Source of the DNA: an uncultured delta proteobacterium
Lineage (GTDB): Bacteria; Desulfobacterota; RBG-13-43-22
Length of the DNA: 64,000 nt
NCBI GenBank assembly: GCA_963790475.1
Contig: CAWBOS010000015.1
Span: forward strand, 544,001 to 608,000
Reading direction: 5' to 3'
The position numbers were made by a program, and so were the translations under genes. This document shows positions 20,917 to 31,101 of the stretch, piece after piece; position 1 is the stretch's first letter; every line of letters begins with the position of its first letter. The notes beneath the pieces are model-generated. The model made no database searches and had not been told where the DNA came from. It was given only the letters and a program-made list of their open reading frames with translations.

Positions 20917-21852
20917 TTAATGGCCTCCTTTATAGGATAACAGTAGCTTGGGATTTAGGACAAGCCCTAATAACATCTGAACCATGACCACCAGGATAAT
21001 GACGGCCAGCAGAATTTTTATTTGATCGCCTTTCAGCCGTTTACTGATACGCGCCCCGATTTGGGCCCCGCAGGAAGATCCTACCAGGAGGATGAGGGCC
21101 AGGATAAAGTCCACCGTATGATTGAACGTGGCTTGCATGACGGTCACATTGACACAGGTAAAAAAAATCTGAAATAGACTGGTCCCAACCACCACATGCA
21201 TCGGCATCCGGAGCATGTAGACCATGATGGGGACCATAATAAAGCCGCCCCCGACACCCATAATGGCCGCCAATACGCCAACCAGGGTTCCTAACAGAAG
21301 GGGGATAATAAAAGAAATATGGATCCCGGATTTATCAAAATTCATCTTGAACGGTAAACCGGTTATCAAGCGAGCATAAAAGGAAGGAGGTTTTTGAACG
21401 GAGGTGGAAATTTCTTCAGCCAGGGGGGCTTTCTTCAGGCTTTGCAGACTCTCCATAAACATGTAGCCGCCGATAATCCCCAACATGGCCACATAAGTTA
21501 TTTTGATGACAAAATCGGCATTGCCCGAGGCCCTGAGTATTTTGACCAATTGAACCCCCAGGGTTCCCCCGATCACACCACCAATGAGCAGGACAACCCC
21601 CATTTTAAAATCCACATTGCCCAGGCGATAATGAGCATAGGTCCCGGAGGCCGAGGCGGCCACGATTTGGTTGGAGTCCGAAGCCGCTGCTACGGTGGGC
21701 GGGATGCCGAACATAATTAATAAGGGGGTCAGCAGAAATCCTCCCCCGACCCCGAAGAGTCCCGACAAAAAACCAACCAGGCCGCCTAAACCCAATAAAA
21801 GGAAAACGTTAATGCTGTTGGCGGCGATGGGCAAATAAATGGAAAAATTCAT
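20917..21852 (-). CDS. TauE/SafE (DUF81) sulfite-exporter family protein
   Basis: SGLFGVGGGFLLTP and AAIMGVGGGFIMVP repeats, VVGTSL. Confidence 0.9.
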   Translation of the reverse strand: MNFSIYLPIAANSINVFLLLGLGGLVGFLSGLFGVGGGFLLTPLLIMFGIPPTVAAASDSNQIVAASASGTYAHYRLGNVDFKMGVVLLIGGVIGGTLGVQLVKILRASGNADFVIKITYVAMLGIIGGYMFMESLQSLKKAPLAEEISTSVQKPPSFYARLITGLPFKMNFDKSGIHISFIIPLLLGTLVGVLAAIMGVGGGFIMVPIMVYMLRMPMHVVVGTSLFQIFFTCVNVTVMQATFNHTVDFILALILLVGSSCGAQIGARISKRLKGDQIKILLAVIILVVMVQMLLGLVLNPKLLLSYKGGH

Positions 21853-21855
21853 ATC

Positions 21856-23403
21856 CTATCTCTCCTTAGCTTTTGGAAGATAAACCGAAAAAGTGGAGCC
21901 TTGATTGATTTGGCTGGCGACTAAAATTTTTCCACCATGCTTTTTAACGATACTGTAACTGGTGGAGAGACCCAGTCCGGTCCCATTTTCTTTGGTGGTG
22001 AAAAAGGGATCGAATATCTGGGCGATGACGGCTTGCGGTATGCCCACCCCGGTATCGGTCACCTCTATCCGGGTAAATTGTTCGTCTTCATCATTCACCC
22101 GAAGGCTCAATATCCCGGCCTGGGGCATGGCCTGGATGGCGTTGATCAGGAGATTGAGAAAGACCTGTTGGAGCTGGCTGAAATCCCCCAGAATCTTTGA
22201 ATCTTGGGTTTCAGGGGTATACTGCAATTTGATGTTGTTCAATTCCATTTCATGCCGGGCCAGTTTTATCGTGGAGCCTATCAATTCCCGAGTTGAAACC
22301 GGCACAAAGGCCGGCGGTCCCATACGGGTGAAATCCAATAGATTCCGAACCGTGCCGCTGGCCCGCTCCGCCTGGGTATAGATATCCTGAAGGCGTTTTC
22401 TTTTTTCTTCATCGGTGATGTTTTCCAATTCATCGATCAGGGATTCGGTGGTAATACAGATATTATTTAAGGGATTGTTCAGCTCATGGGCGATACCGGA
22501 AGTCAGGGTCCCTATGGAAGCCATTTTCCGGGTTTGGAGGTATTGTTCCTGATTTTTTTGCAGTTGATCCATCATTAAATTAATGGCTATGGCCAGCCGG
22601 GAAAATTCATCCTTATATTTTTTGGCCGGGGTAATGGGGGTATAATCTCCCTGGGCGATTCTCAAGGTATAGTCGACAAATCGGTTTAAGGGCAGGACAA
22701 TCTGTTGGGCTAAAAACCGGGTCAGGTAGGCCATGACCAAAAGGAGGATAGCCAGAAAAATCAGTGGGACTTGACGGGACCATTGGGTCATGGCCTCTAC
22801 ATCTTTCCGTTCTTTTTCTACCAGATTGGCGGCCATAAAGATCATTTCAGCCCCATGCTGCCTCAGTTCTCCCTCGATCTTACCCAGGACCACTGGATTT
22901 TCCGCCGATCCCGGCATTAGCTCTCTTAAGCTGCCCAAGAGGTTTTCGTAACGGCTGAGATGGGACAGCATAAGATTCAATTTTTCCTGACTGATAACCG
23001 CAGTGATATTCTTTCCTTCCTTCTTGAGAATTTCCCGGGCGTTTTGCGTGGTTTCCAAAGCATCGGGCAGATTGGTTTTATAAAGAAAAAAGTTTTTCTC
23101 ATAACGGCGGGCTTGTTGAATTTCAAAGGAGTAATTGTTGAGGGTTTCCATAAATCTTACTTTTTTATCCACCTGCCCCCCCATGATGATATAGGTGATA
23201 CTGGCTGCGGCGCATAAGACGAACAACAGGGAAAAGCCCATGATGATTTTGGTCCTGATATTCATGGTGGGTCTTTCCACCAAACCTTTTTGGGCTTCTT
23301 TCAGGGCGGCTTCATCCAGAACCAGCCCCGGGGTCGACCGATCGGGAACACCCTTCATCAGGCCCTCTTCCGGAAAGGCATCCTCTTTATGATCCATGGT
23401 CAT
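21856..23403 (-). CDS. Membrane sensor histidine kinase (HAMP, HisKA, HATPase)
   Basis: Two TMs, IAHELNNPL H-box, QVFLNLLINA, DTGVG, FDPFFTTK, GTGLGL. Confidence 0.92.
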   Translation of the reverse strand: MTMDHKEDAFPEEGLMKGVPDRSTPGLVLDEAALKEAQKGLVERPTMNIRTKIIMGFSLLFVLCAAASITYIIMGGQVDKKVRFMETLNNYSFEIQQARRYEKNFFLYKTNLPDALETTQNAREILKKEGKNITAVISQEKLNLMLSHLSRYENLLGSLRELMPGSAENPVVLGKIEGELRQHGAEMIFMAANLVEKERKDVEAMTQWSRQVPLIFLAILLLVMAYLTRFLAQQIVLPLNRFVDYTLRIAQGDYTPITPAKKYKDEFSRLAIAINLMMDQLQKNQEQYLQTRKMASIGTLTSGIAHELNNPLNNICITTESLIDELENITDEEKRKRLQDIYTQAERASGTVRNLLDFTRMGPPAFVPVSTRELIGSTIKLARHEMELNNIKLQYTPETQDSKILGDFSQLQQVFLNLLINAIQAMPQAGILSLRVNDEDEQFTRIEVTDTGVGIPQAVIAQIFDPFFTTKENGTGLGLSTSYSIVKKHGGKILVASQINQGSTFSVYLPKAKER

Positions 23404-25913
23404 GCAAAGGCCTCATAATCACTGGCGAGAAACCGGTCCACATAATGTCGCACGGTCGCTTCATTTTCCATCAACATGTCCATTTGACGAGCACAGCCCA
23501 TGAGTTTTCCCAAAAGTTCCAGCCCTGCCTCCGAAGAGGCTTCGGGATAACCCCGAAGCCAGGCCGTGACCAGGTCTCCCCGCTGGTCCACACTGAACCG
23601 GGAGGATAGTAAAACCTCCTTCAAAAACCTGGCCCGCAGGTCGCGGCGCTGAAGGCTCCCGCCACCGCCGCGAAAACGAAAATTGACATAATTATTTTCG
23701 GTAACCGGGCTGATCAGACTGTCGACCATAGCGTAATGGTAGGCCAGCCGGATATTTAAACTCATATAATCCGGGGCCACCAACAAATAATTAGGGTCTC
23801 CCATTTTTCTCATGGCCCCCATATCCTGACTCAAAGAAGAGGACATGACCGAAGCGAAACCCTTGAGATCGATCTCCGTTCTGCCGGCCCAACTGACCCG
23901 GGGATCCATCATGCCCTTCCACAAGGCCTGGAAGGGTGTGGAACGAATCTGTTCCGGGGCGACCTCTTTTTGAGTCGGTCCCCCGTTGTGAAACGCCCCC
24001 CCTAAATCCAGGACAAAGAGGTACAGGGGGATCGGTGAGGATAACCGGCGGGAGGAAATTCCTTTTTTTCGGGTCTCCTTATCCCCTACTGCAAATAGAG
24101 AGGCGATTCCTTTTTCGTGAACAAAACGAATCAGGTCATGAATGGATTCGGCCGCTTCAGGCCGGAAATTGCGGGCCTGAGGATCGGTCAGTTTTAGTTT
24201 GAGGATCAGATCATGTAAGGGTCCGGCCTCCGGTTTGATCTTGGGTTTGACCAAACGGGCCATGGTCCTTTCCCGTACGTCCGGCCAGGGATTCCCTTCA
24301 AAAATTTGACGATGCGTGGCGTCCAATCCTATCAGATCGCCGGACCGGAGTTTTACTGTCGCCGCCGGAACATCAAATATGGAGGGGACCGCAAATTCCC
24401 GGAGCAGGGTGGCGGCATGCCCGGTAGGCTGGCCCTGTTCGGCAATACAACCGGCCAAATGAGGCAGGACGGTCCCTATTTCAGGAACAGCCTGAGGAAC
24501 AACCAGGATCACCCCGTGAGGAAGGGATGACAGTCCTTGCCCCGGGGTAACGATTTGAACCGGGGCCACCGCCCGACCTGGAAAAATCGTAATCCCTCCG
24601 GAAAGAAGAGGGCGTTCTCCGGGAGAGGTACTTCCAGATTCCTGGGGTTCGATTAAACGCAGGGGGCGGCATTGGAGGATCCAGATTTTTCCTGTCTGGT
24701 CAATAGCCCATTCGATATCCTGGGGCGCCCCAAATTGTTTTTCTATCTTGACCGCCCATCCGGCCAGAAGAGACCTCTCTTCATCCGATATCGAGGGGGC
24801 AGCCTGCACCTCCGGCGTATTGGCCTGCCTTTCCATTTGACCCGGTTGTCCCTGAATCAGTCGCTCCTTTTTGAAGGCGATCCGGCTCTCTTTGGCCTGA
24901 CCGGGGTTCCGGTAATCCATTCGGAAGAAATCGGCTGGGGCTTGTCCCCCAACCAAATCTGCTGCCAGTCCCCAGGTGGAGCTGATCAGGATATCCTTAT
25001 TGGCCGGTTGCCCCGGGTCCTGGGTATAAAGGACTCCGGAGCTCCGGGCCTGAATAAGAGGGAGGAACAAAACAGCCATGGGTGTTTCCACCTCAGTTAT
25101 TCCACTGGACAGCCGATAAGCGATAGCCCGGTCACTAAACCGGCTGGCCACGACTTTCTGATAGGTCTTAGCCAGAAATTCGCTGGGGATATTCAAAAAG
25201 CTGGCAAATTGTCCGGCAAAGGTCAGGGAGGTGTCCTCCCCGACGGCACTGGATCGGACCGCCCAATGTTGCTCTTGCGGCCATCGGCCTTGAACAAATG
25301 TCCGGATGGTCTCCTCAATAACTTGGGGCAGGGAAGAATGCTCAATCATTTCTCGGATTCGGCCGGCCTTTTCTCGAAACCGTTCCGGATCGCTACTGAC
25401 CTCCAGGGTATCCAGAAGGATACGAATTTCCGAGGCCAGACGCGGTTCGGAAACCCAGTTTTCATAGGCGCCGATAGTTACCGCAAATCCATCAGGGACC
25501 AGGTCCGGAAATCTCTTTTTCAGTTCACCCAGGCGGGCCGCCTTACCCCCCACCAATCGCTCTTGGGTCAAATCCATTTCGGAAATGGGGATCAACTGCA
25601 CCTTCGGGGACTTGGCTGAGGGCCTTCTCAACTGTTGCATGATCTGCTCTTCGATTTTGACAAAAGCCGAATACAATCCCTGATAATGGCTTTCGGCAAT
25701 TTGGTTCAGGTCTTCAATCATTAACAGGGTCCCCTCTAAGAGACTTCGGATTTGATGTTCCAAAGAGGCTGACCCGAGGGGCAAAAAACGGAGATCGGCC
25801 TCCAGGTCGGCCATGACCTCCAATAGACGGCTGTTTTCTCCTAAGAGGGACTGAAGCCCCTGGTATTTTTGGCGGATGATCCCCGAAGTCGCCGGTTGGT
25901 TGTTCATGTTCAT
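23400..25913 (-). CDS. PEP-synthase/PPDK-like protein 2
   Basis: VGGKAARLGEL, AVRSSAVGED..FAGQF, QDIEW, PTGHAATLLRE and the shared C-terminal domain. Confidence 0.85.
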   Translation of the reverse strand: MNMNNQPATSGIIRQKYQGLQSLLGENSRLLEVMADLEADLRFLPLGSASLEHQIRSLLEGTLLMIEDLNQIAESHYQGLYSAFVKIEEQIMQQLRRPSAKSPKVQLIPISEMDLTQERLVGGKAARLGELKKRFPDLVPDGFAVTIGAYENWVSEPRLASEIRILLDTLEVSSDPERFREKAGRIREMIEHSSLPQVIEETIRTFVQGRWPQEQHWAVRSSAVGEDTSLTFAGQFASFLNIPSEFLAKTYQKVVASRFSDRAIAYRLSSGITEVETPMAVLFLPLIQARSSGVLYTQDPGQPANKDILISSTWGLAADLVGGQAPADFFRMDYRNPGQAKESRIAFKKERLIQGQPGQMERQANTPEVQAAPSISDEERSLLAGWAVKIEKQFGAPQDIEWAIDQTGKIWILQCRPLRLIEPQESGSTSPGERPLLSGGITIFPGRAVAPVQIVTPGQGLSSLPHGVILVVPQAVPEIGTVLPHLAGCIAEQGQPTGHAATLLREFAVPSIFDVPAATVKLRSGDLIGLDATHRQIFEGNPWPDVRERTMARLVKPKIKPEAGPLHDLILKLKLTDPQARNFRPEAAESIHDLIRFVHEKGIASLFAVGDKETRKKGISSRRLSSPIPLYLFVLDLGGAFHNGGPTQKEVAPEQIRSTPFQALWKGMMDPRVSWAGRTEIDLKGFASVMSSSLSQDMGAMRKMGDPNYLLVAPDYMSLNIRLAYHYAMVDSLISPVTENNYVNFRFRGGGGSLQRRDLRARFLKEVLLSSRFSVDQRGDLVTAWLRGYPEASSEAGLELLGKLMGCARQMDMLMENEATVRHYVDRFLASDYEAFA

Positions 25914-26038
25914 TTCTTTATCCCCTGGCGAATATAAACATTCATGCCCCTTAAAGCTCCACCAAAATGAAAATGGAAGTCCCTGAAATTGCCAATGTGA
26001 AACTCGGCAACCCTAATCCCAATTTTGCGCTCAATCCC

Positions 26039-26446
26039 TCATTCGCCGGCATTGACCCTTGAAAGTCCTTTGAACCCCAAGGCCTCAGCCGCCCGGTAAA
26101 CAACCTCTCGTAAATCGTTCGGTTTAAAGGGCTTGGCGATAAAATCAAAGGCGCCTTTGCCCAAGGCCTCCCGGGCCACCTCAACCGTGGCATAGCCGGT
26201 GATCATGATGACCTTGGTATGGTCAGACCTGGCCTTTACTTTTTCCAGGATCTCGATCCCGTCAATATCTTCCATGCGAATATCGGTCACCACGACATCA
26301 AAGGTCTTTTCCTCAATCCGCTGCAAGGCCTTTTTAGGATCCTCAAAGGATTCCACCTCACAACCCATCTTCATCAAAGCCGGACCTAATCGCTTGCCGA
26401 CAATCGGTTCGTCATCCAGAATAAGGACCTGCATTTTTTGCTCCAT
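26039..26446 (-). CDS. Stand-alone response-regulator receiver protein
   Basis: ILDDE, VTDIRM, ITG, AKPF. Confidence 0.9.
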   Translation of the reverse strand: MEQKMQVLILDDEPIVGKRLGPALMKMGCEVESFEDPKKALQRIEEKTFDVVVTDIRMEDIDGIEILEKVKARSDHTKVIMITGYATVEVAREALGKGAFDFIAKPFKPNDLREVVYRAAEALGFKGLSRVNAGE

Positions 26447-26527
26447 GATTTACCTCCAATCCGTTATTACCAAAATACCATGGTCGAACCATTTTCATAC
26501 TGCAGGGGTGCCCTCAGGACTCGCGCC

Positions 26528-27616
26528 TTACCAGAGAGCCAATCCCTGCCCGAGTTGGGTCAGATATTTTTCAATCTCCATCGGCGGCCTTTGGAAGGCA
26601 GCCAGTTCGTAAACCTTTTGGCCCTGTTGACCGGTCCAATCCCAAAGCGTGGAGAGATTCCGGATAAAAAGGGAATCGACGGGGCCCGCCTGCCAACGAA
26701 AAAAGAAATGATTTAATTCACGGACATTGGTCAAAACCATATCCAGGATGAGTGTGCCCTCTAGGGAAACCCCATATAAAAAAAGCGAATTCTCGGAGAC
26801 TATCAAAAACAAAGGAGGATCTTCCTTTCTCTGTTTTTCATGGTAGGTGATTAAGGAATCGGAAACACCCTTATGAAACAGGGTCCATGGTTTGTAAGAC
26901 GCCAAACTTTCTTCGAGTAGGTTGGGCTCCCTGAGATTATTTTTGTTCAAACTCGACCTTCCCCCCAGACCAACCACATACCAAGGAAAATCCTCGGCTA
27001 CGGTAATAGGAAGGGCCAGGCCTGTTGTGATCCAGTGTTGCCAAGACTCCGGCTCAAAAAATTGCCCCAGGACTTGTTCGTGAGCGAAGTGCAGGGCCAT
27101 CCGAAGATTTAGAACCTCTTCAATTTTTTCCGGCCAGGGGTTTCCGGTGTTCGGTCCTGAAGGGTCCAGCAGCTCAATCACCCCTTTAAGCATTTGGAAT
27201 TCAGGTTCCTGTTCCAGATCTTCACTTGCTTGCTGGAGCCCTCCTGTCTCTGTAGGTTTGGAGACCGGAGAAACAGCAGGGGTTCCCCCGCCTTTGCTAA
27301 AACCGGACAGATAGGCCTGAGCGTTTTCTTTCATTTGATCCAACTTCAGGTAAAGACCCGTTTCCGCTTCTTCCCTCAGAATCATTCCGTCATAGGTCAT
27401 TTGATAGGTCTTTTGAAAAAGCTGACCCACGGTTGAGAAGACATACTGGCGGTCGAAAATATATTCCCCCTGGACCTTTTCCTTCAAATCAGACAAAAGC
27501 CGGTCGCAGGCCCATTCGGTTTTTAAAAAATGCCGCCAGCGATTCAGACGGATTTTAAGGGAAAGGACCGTATCTCCCTTTTTGCCCACACCCAGAAATT
27601 TCTGAAACCAGGACAT
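26528..27616 (-). CDS. Hypothetical protein; internally deleted, diverged relative of the PPS-like proteins
   Basis: N-terminal GEYIFDRQY shared with protein 3; LHFAHE, IVSEN, NHFFFRWQAG and LTQLGQ align with the C-terminal domain; no ATP-grasp or TGH motif. Confidence 0.65.
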   Translation of the reverse strand: MSWFQKFLGVGKKGDTVLSLKIRLNRWRHFLKTEWACDRLLSDLKEKVQGEYIFDRQYVFSTVGQLFQKTYQMTYDGMILREEAETGLYLKLDQMKENAQAYLSGFSKGGGTPAVSPVSKPTETGGLQQASEDLEQEPEFQMLKGVIELLDPSGPNTGNPWPEKIEEVLNLRMALHFAHEQVLGQFFEPESWQHWITTGLALPITVAEDFPWYVVGLGGRSSLNKNNLREPNLLEESLASYKPWTLFHKGVSDSLITYHEKQRKEDPPLFLIVSENSLFLYGVSLEGTLILDMVLTNVRELNHFFFRWQAGPVDSLFIRNLSTLWDWTGQQGQKVYELAAFQRPPMEIEKYLTQLGQGLALW

Positions 27617-27646
27617 GCTCCGCCCCTTTTCTTAGCGCCAAAGACT

Positions 27647-28735
27647 TTAGGGATTTGCCCGGCCATAGGACAAAGTCAGGTGGATTTTCTTGCGAGCCCG
27701 GTAGGCCCGGATAACATTGTAAAGGATCATTACCACCCCGGTGATACCGCTGGCAAAAAGCAGATACTTGCTTCCATTGTTGAACCAGGGATCCAGCGAG
27801 GGGCTGATATCCAGGAACCCCAATTGACGAAGATACATGGGAACGGCAATAGCCCGGCTTATAACGCAGAACAGGATGATCAGACAGGTGACCATTCGAA
27901 TGTACCGCTCACCGACTACTTTCACGCCATAGGCCCCGAGATAAACCCCTATTAAAGACCCGGTCATCAATAAAACGGTCAGTCGAATATCAACAAACCC
28001 TTCCCAGGCATAGTTCAAGGCCCCCCAGGCCCCCATAAACATAGCCAAATACAACTCCGTCCCGGCGGCCACGGCGGTAGGAACGCCGAAAACATAAATC
28101 ATAGCCGGTACTCCGACAAACCCCCCAACCCCGATCGTGCCGGCCAGATAACCGGTAGCCAGACCGACCGGCAGTAAGAACCATAAGGAAACCTTGACAT
28201 CGGCCACTTTAAAATGGATAAAGGGAGGAATCTTCATCCGGGCCAGGGATTCGGAAATTTTCTTGGAAGGTCCCGTCCCTTCTTCCGTATTTTTCATCAG
28301 GTCCCGAAGCATGGAGATGGCCACCAGGGTCAAGATGCCGATGAAAACAGCGCTGATATATAAATTGGCCCCGGCTCCGGAAGCGGCCCCGTGCCCATCT
28401 CCTCCTCCATGAAATAACAGACTGTTGATCCAGACGGCCAGACGGATACCGAGCAAGCTGGTGACGAGCAGGAACATGCCCAACCTTTTGTCGACATTTC
28501 CCATTTCTCCATGTTTCTTGGACCCCATCATGGCCTTGCCGAATTTGTGAGTTATATTGCTGGCTACGGCCACCACGCCGTTGACCCCCAGGTTCATCAT
28601 CCCCGGGGTCATAAAAAAGGCCCCCCCGCTCCCGATAAACCCGCTTAATACCCCACCGATAAACCCCAGAACGATTACCTGTAAGGCAGAAGAGAGATCT
28701 AGAGAAATAAACATACTCGCTATTTCGTTGGTCAT
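27647..28735 (-). CDS. TauE/SafE family protein (divergent subtype)
   Basis: SGFIGSGGAFFMTP and AGTIGVGGFVGVP repeats, AAGTEL. Confidence 0.85.
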   Translation of the reverse strand: MTNEIASMFISLDLSSALQVIVLGFIGGVLSGFIGSGGAFFMTPGMMNLGVNGVVAVASNITHKFGKAMMGSKKHGEMGNVDKRLGMFLLVTSLLGIRLAVWINSLLFHGGGDGHGAASGAGANLYISAVFIGILTLVAISMLRDLMKNTEEGTGPSKKISESLARMKIPPFIHFKVADVKVSLWFLLPVGLATGYLAGTIGVGGFVGVPAMIYVFGVPTAVAAGTELYLAMFMGAWGALNYAWEGFVDIRLTVLLMTGSLIGVYLGAYGVKVVGERYIRMVTCLIILFCVISRAIAVPMYLRQLGFLDISPSLDPWFNNGSKYLLFASGITGVVMILYNVIRAYRARKKIHLTLSYGRANP

Positions 28736-28758
28736 AGGAACGCTCCTTTTTCATTTTT

Positions 28759-28900
28759 GATGAACTCGTAAAAAGTCGCCAAAAGACGTATTTAGTCATT
28801 CCGGTCCCGTATCAAGTACGGGATAGACTCCAGCCGTAATCCAGTGTTTTTAATTAGTTATATTCTCCTGGACCCCGGCTTTCGCCGGGGTGACGCTTTT
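28759..28900. repeat. Family A MITE/REP-like element
   Basis: gatgaactcgtaaaaagtc end, gtcattccgg arm with inserted hairpin, ctggaccccggctttcgccggggtgac arm. Confidence 0.75.
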
Positions 28901-28974
28901 TACCTGTCCATCTTTTTTAACTATTACATCCGGCAAAACGGATTTCGCTGAACGCCGAATGGCAGTTTCCCCGT

Positions 28975-30486
28975 TCAATCCAGCTTGATTAACTTCAGAA
29001 TCACATGAGCGATGGTCCCATAAAGATAAGCAAACACAGGGGCCAAGAGGCCGACTGCGACTACGGCGAGAAACTTCGACCCTTTGTATTGTTGTAAAAA
29101 AGACAAGATGCTCTCCTGGTTGGTAAAAAGGCCCCAATAAATTCCGAGAACCAGGAGAATAAAGACAAAAAACTTGACCAATTGTTTGCCGCCTAAAAAA
29201 TATTTCTTTTGAAGTTCGTCCGCCGAAATCACCGGAATGCGGATGTGTTCTCCCAGGAAGACCTTTAAATCATTAAGCATGCGGATTTGAACGGCCCTGG
29301 ACCTGGTCTGGAAAAGATCGCCGATGACCACTAAGCTGTAGTTTACGTTTCGACTGATGGTCTTGGAAAGGCTGGGAAAGGTCCCCTGCAAGAGGTGTCC
29401 CCCTCCGGAACGTCCCTGCCGGATGAGTTCATCCAGGGTTTTATTCAATCCTCCATCATCAATGCCCGAGGTTTCGGGGGTATCCTCTTCAATACCGCCG
29501 TTATAGGAGGCTTTTCCCCTGGGCGGTGGAGGCGTGGCCGAAAGGCCTTCTTCCTCCTCTCCGACAATCAGTTGATCGGAAGGGGTAAAGCGCAGCAATT
29601 CGATGGCGGCCCCCCAACGCTGGGCGATCTGATTGATTTGAGTGAAGGTCTCCGATTGAGGATTGAAGATCTCCTGGATCCAAAGGATATTGGTTTCGGC
29701 CATGGTGGCCAGGACTTCCTTGACCCCCTTTAATCCGGATACGACCTCCGGGATGGATTGGGCTACTTGGACTTGCCTGGGCATGTAGGTGACAGTGATG
29801 ACTCCCTGGTTAGCCGAGACGGTCAAGTCGGCCCAGGAGGTTCGCTCATCCAGGGCCAATCGCATCCTGGCCCGGGCGGCCAGACAATAGTTACCCATAA
29901 CGGCCAGGGAGGCCGGGGTGGGCCGAAAATCAGGAAGGTCCACCATAGAGCACAGGGCCGCGCCGGTATTGGCAATACCCATGTTTTCAAGATTCAGAAC
30001 CATATCGTATTGTTTGGGATCATTCATGTCCTGGCTATGGATGACATGGACCCACCGTTCGATATCCTCGTTAACCTGTTGGTCATATTTCTCGGCCTTG
30101 GGCCGATCCATGCGGAGCTTCTGCATATTGCTCTGTATCTGGTATTCGCGATTGGGTACCAGGCGAACCCGAAATACATGGGAAACATTCGGCAGGAGCA
30201 AATGACCTCCCCGGCCGTGATAAACCAGGTTTCCTCCGCCGGCCCGTTCACAAATCCCGGCGGTGATAAAGGCCAGATATCTTTCCTTCAGACGAGCCAG
30301 ACCTTCGGACTGAGCCGGGCTCTTGATAACCGACATTTCCAATTTTCCGACCGGTATCCCCGCTTCCGTCGCCTGATCGACCAGCTCTTCCCGGCCCAGA
30401 CAGGGATATCCTAATTTCCCGGCCAGGTTTTCAGCCACTTCCTTTCTAAGAGCGGCCGAAGTACTTGAAATGATGACAATGGCCAT
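28975..30486 (-). CDS. Cytidylate kinase-like protein extended by a BON-like segment, an unknown domain and two C-terminal TM helices
   Basis: MAIVIISS, HGRGGHLLL, DPKQYDMVLN, VSANQGVITV..GVKEV; hydrophobic C-terminus; paralogous to 15718..16554. Confidence 0.7.
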   Translation of the reverse strand: MAIVIISSTSAALRKEVAENLAGKLGYPCLGREELVDQATEAGIPVGKLEMSVIKSPAQSEGLARLKERYLAFITAGICERAGGGNLVYHGRGGHLLLPNVSHVFRVRLVPNREYQIQSNMQKLRMDRPKAEKYDQQVNEDIERWVHVIHSQDMNDPKQYDMVLNLENMGIANTGAALCSMVDLPDFRPTPASLAVMGNYCLAARARMRLALDERTSWADLTVSANQGVITVTYMPRQVQVAQSIPEVVSGLKGVKEVLATMAETNILWIQEIFNPQSETFTQINQIAQRWGAAIELLRFTPSDQLIVGEEEEGLSATPPPPRGKASYNGGIEEDTPETSGIDDGGLNKTLDELIRQGRSGGGHLLQGTFPSLSKTISRNVNYSLVVIGDLFQTRSRAVQIRMLNDLKVFLGEHIRIPVISADELQKKYFLGGKQLVKFFVFILLVLGIYWGLFTNQESILSFLQQYKGSKFLAVVAVGLLAPVFAYLYGTIAHVILKLIKLD

Positions 30487-30488
30487 AG

Positions 30489-30986
30489 TTATATTCCTTC
30501 CTTGTCAGTGATATTCTTTAAACTCACAGGGTCGATGTTTCCATCTTTATTTCTCTTCCTATCCCCGGTCATACTCCTATCCTCCTTGGGCCTGACAATA
30601 ACGATTTGGCTTTCCACACTGCTTCGCAAAGATTCGATCTGCTGGTTCAAGGTGTTATAAATCGGTTCCTGAGCCGGTGGGACGGCAATGATAATCTCCG
30701 AAATATGATGGTCCCGGGCAAAACGGGGTATGGTGTCCAGGTATCCTTCGTTAGAAAAAAACAGATCTATGTTGATCTTTTCAGCCCTGGCCTGCTGAAT
30801 AAGGTCATCAAAGGATTTCGGCCAGGGTTTAGAATTCTTACCCGGAACTGGTTCACCTTCCCCGGAAGGAGAAAATATTAAAAACAGAATTTTGGTGGGA
30901 TTTCGTTTGGAAAATTCGACGGCAAAATAAGCGGCCGATAAAGAAAGCCAGGAAAAGTCTTTAATAGGCACTAAGATTTTGTTCAT
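30489..30986 (-). CDS. Universal-stress-protein-like protein
   Basis: MNKILVPI start, IIIAV and IVIVRP pattern; weak. Confidence 0.55.
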   Translation of the reverse strand: MNKILVPIKDFSWLSLSAAYFAVEFSKRNPTKILFLIFSPSGEGEPVPGKNSKPWPKSFDDLIQQARAEKINIDLFFSNEGYLDTIPRFARDHHISEIIIAVPPAQEPIYNTLNQQIESLRSSVESQIVIVRPKEDRSMTGDRKRNKDGNIDPVSLKNITDKEGI

Positions 30987-31010
30987 AGGGAGTCCTCATC
31001 CGAAGGGGAC

Positions 31011-31026
31011 TACAAATTCCATGCCG
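31011..31026 (-). promoter_or_regulatory. Candidate sigma54 promoter for the leftward operon
   Basis: Minus strand CGGCATGGAATTTGTA = GG-N10-GT (consensus GG-N10-GC), 25 bp before the USP-like start and next to a sigma54 activator gene. Confidence 0.55.
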
Positions 31027-31101
31027 TTTATCGGACATAAATAAAATCCAATGGTTATAAAAGCTGGAGAGGGAAGGAATAGATAGGAGGCCGATAAATT
31101 G

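Noticed and set aside
24672-25619. 315-aa plus-strand ORF and other long antisense ORFs (e.g. 57840..58583, 32068..32751)
   Set aside because: They fully overlap well-supported genes on the opposite strand and have no motifs; shadow ORFs
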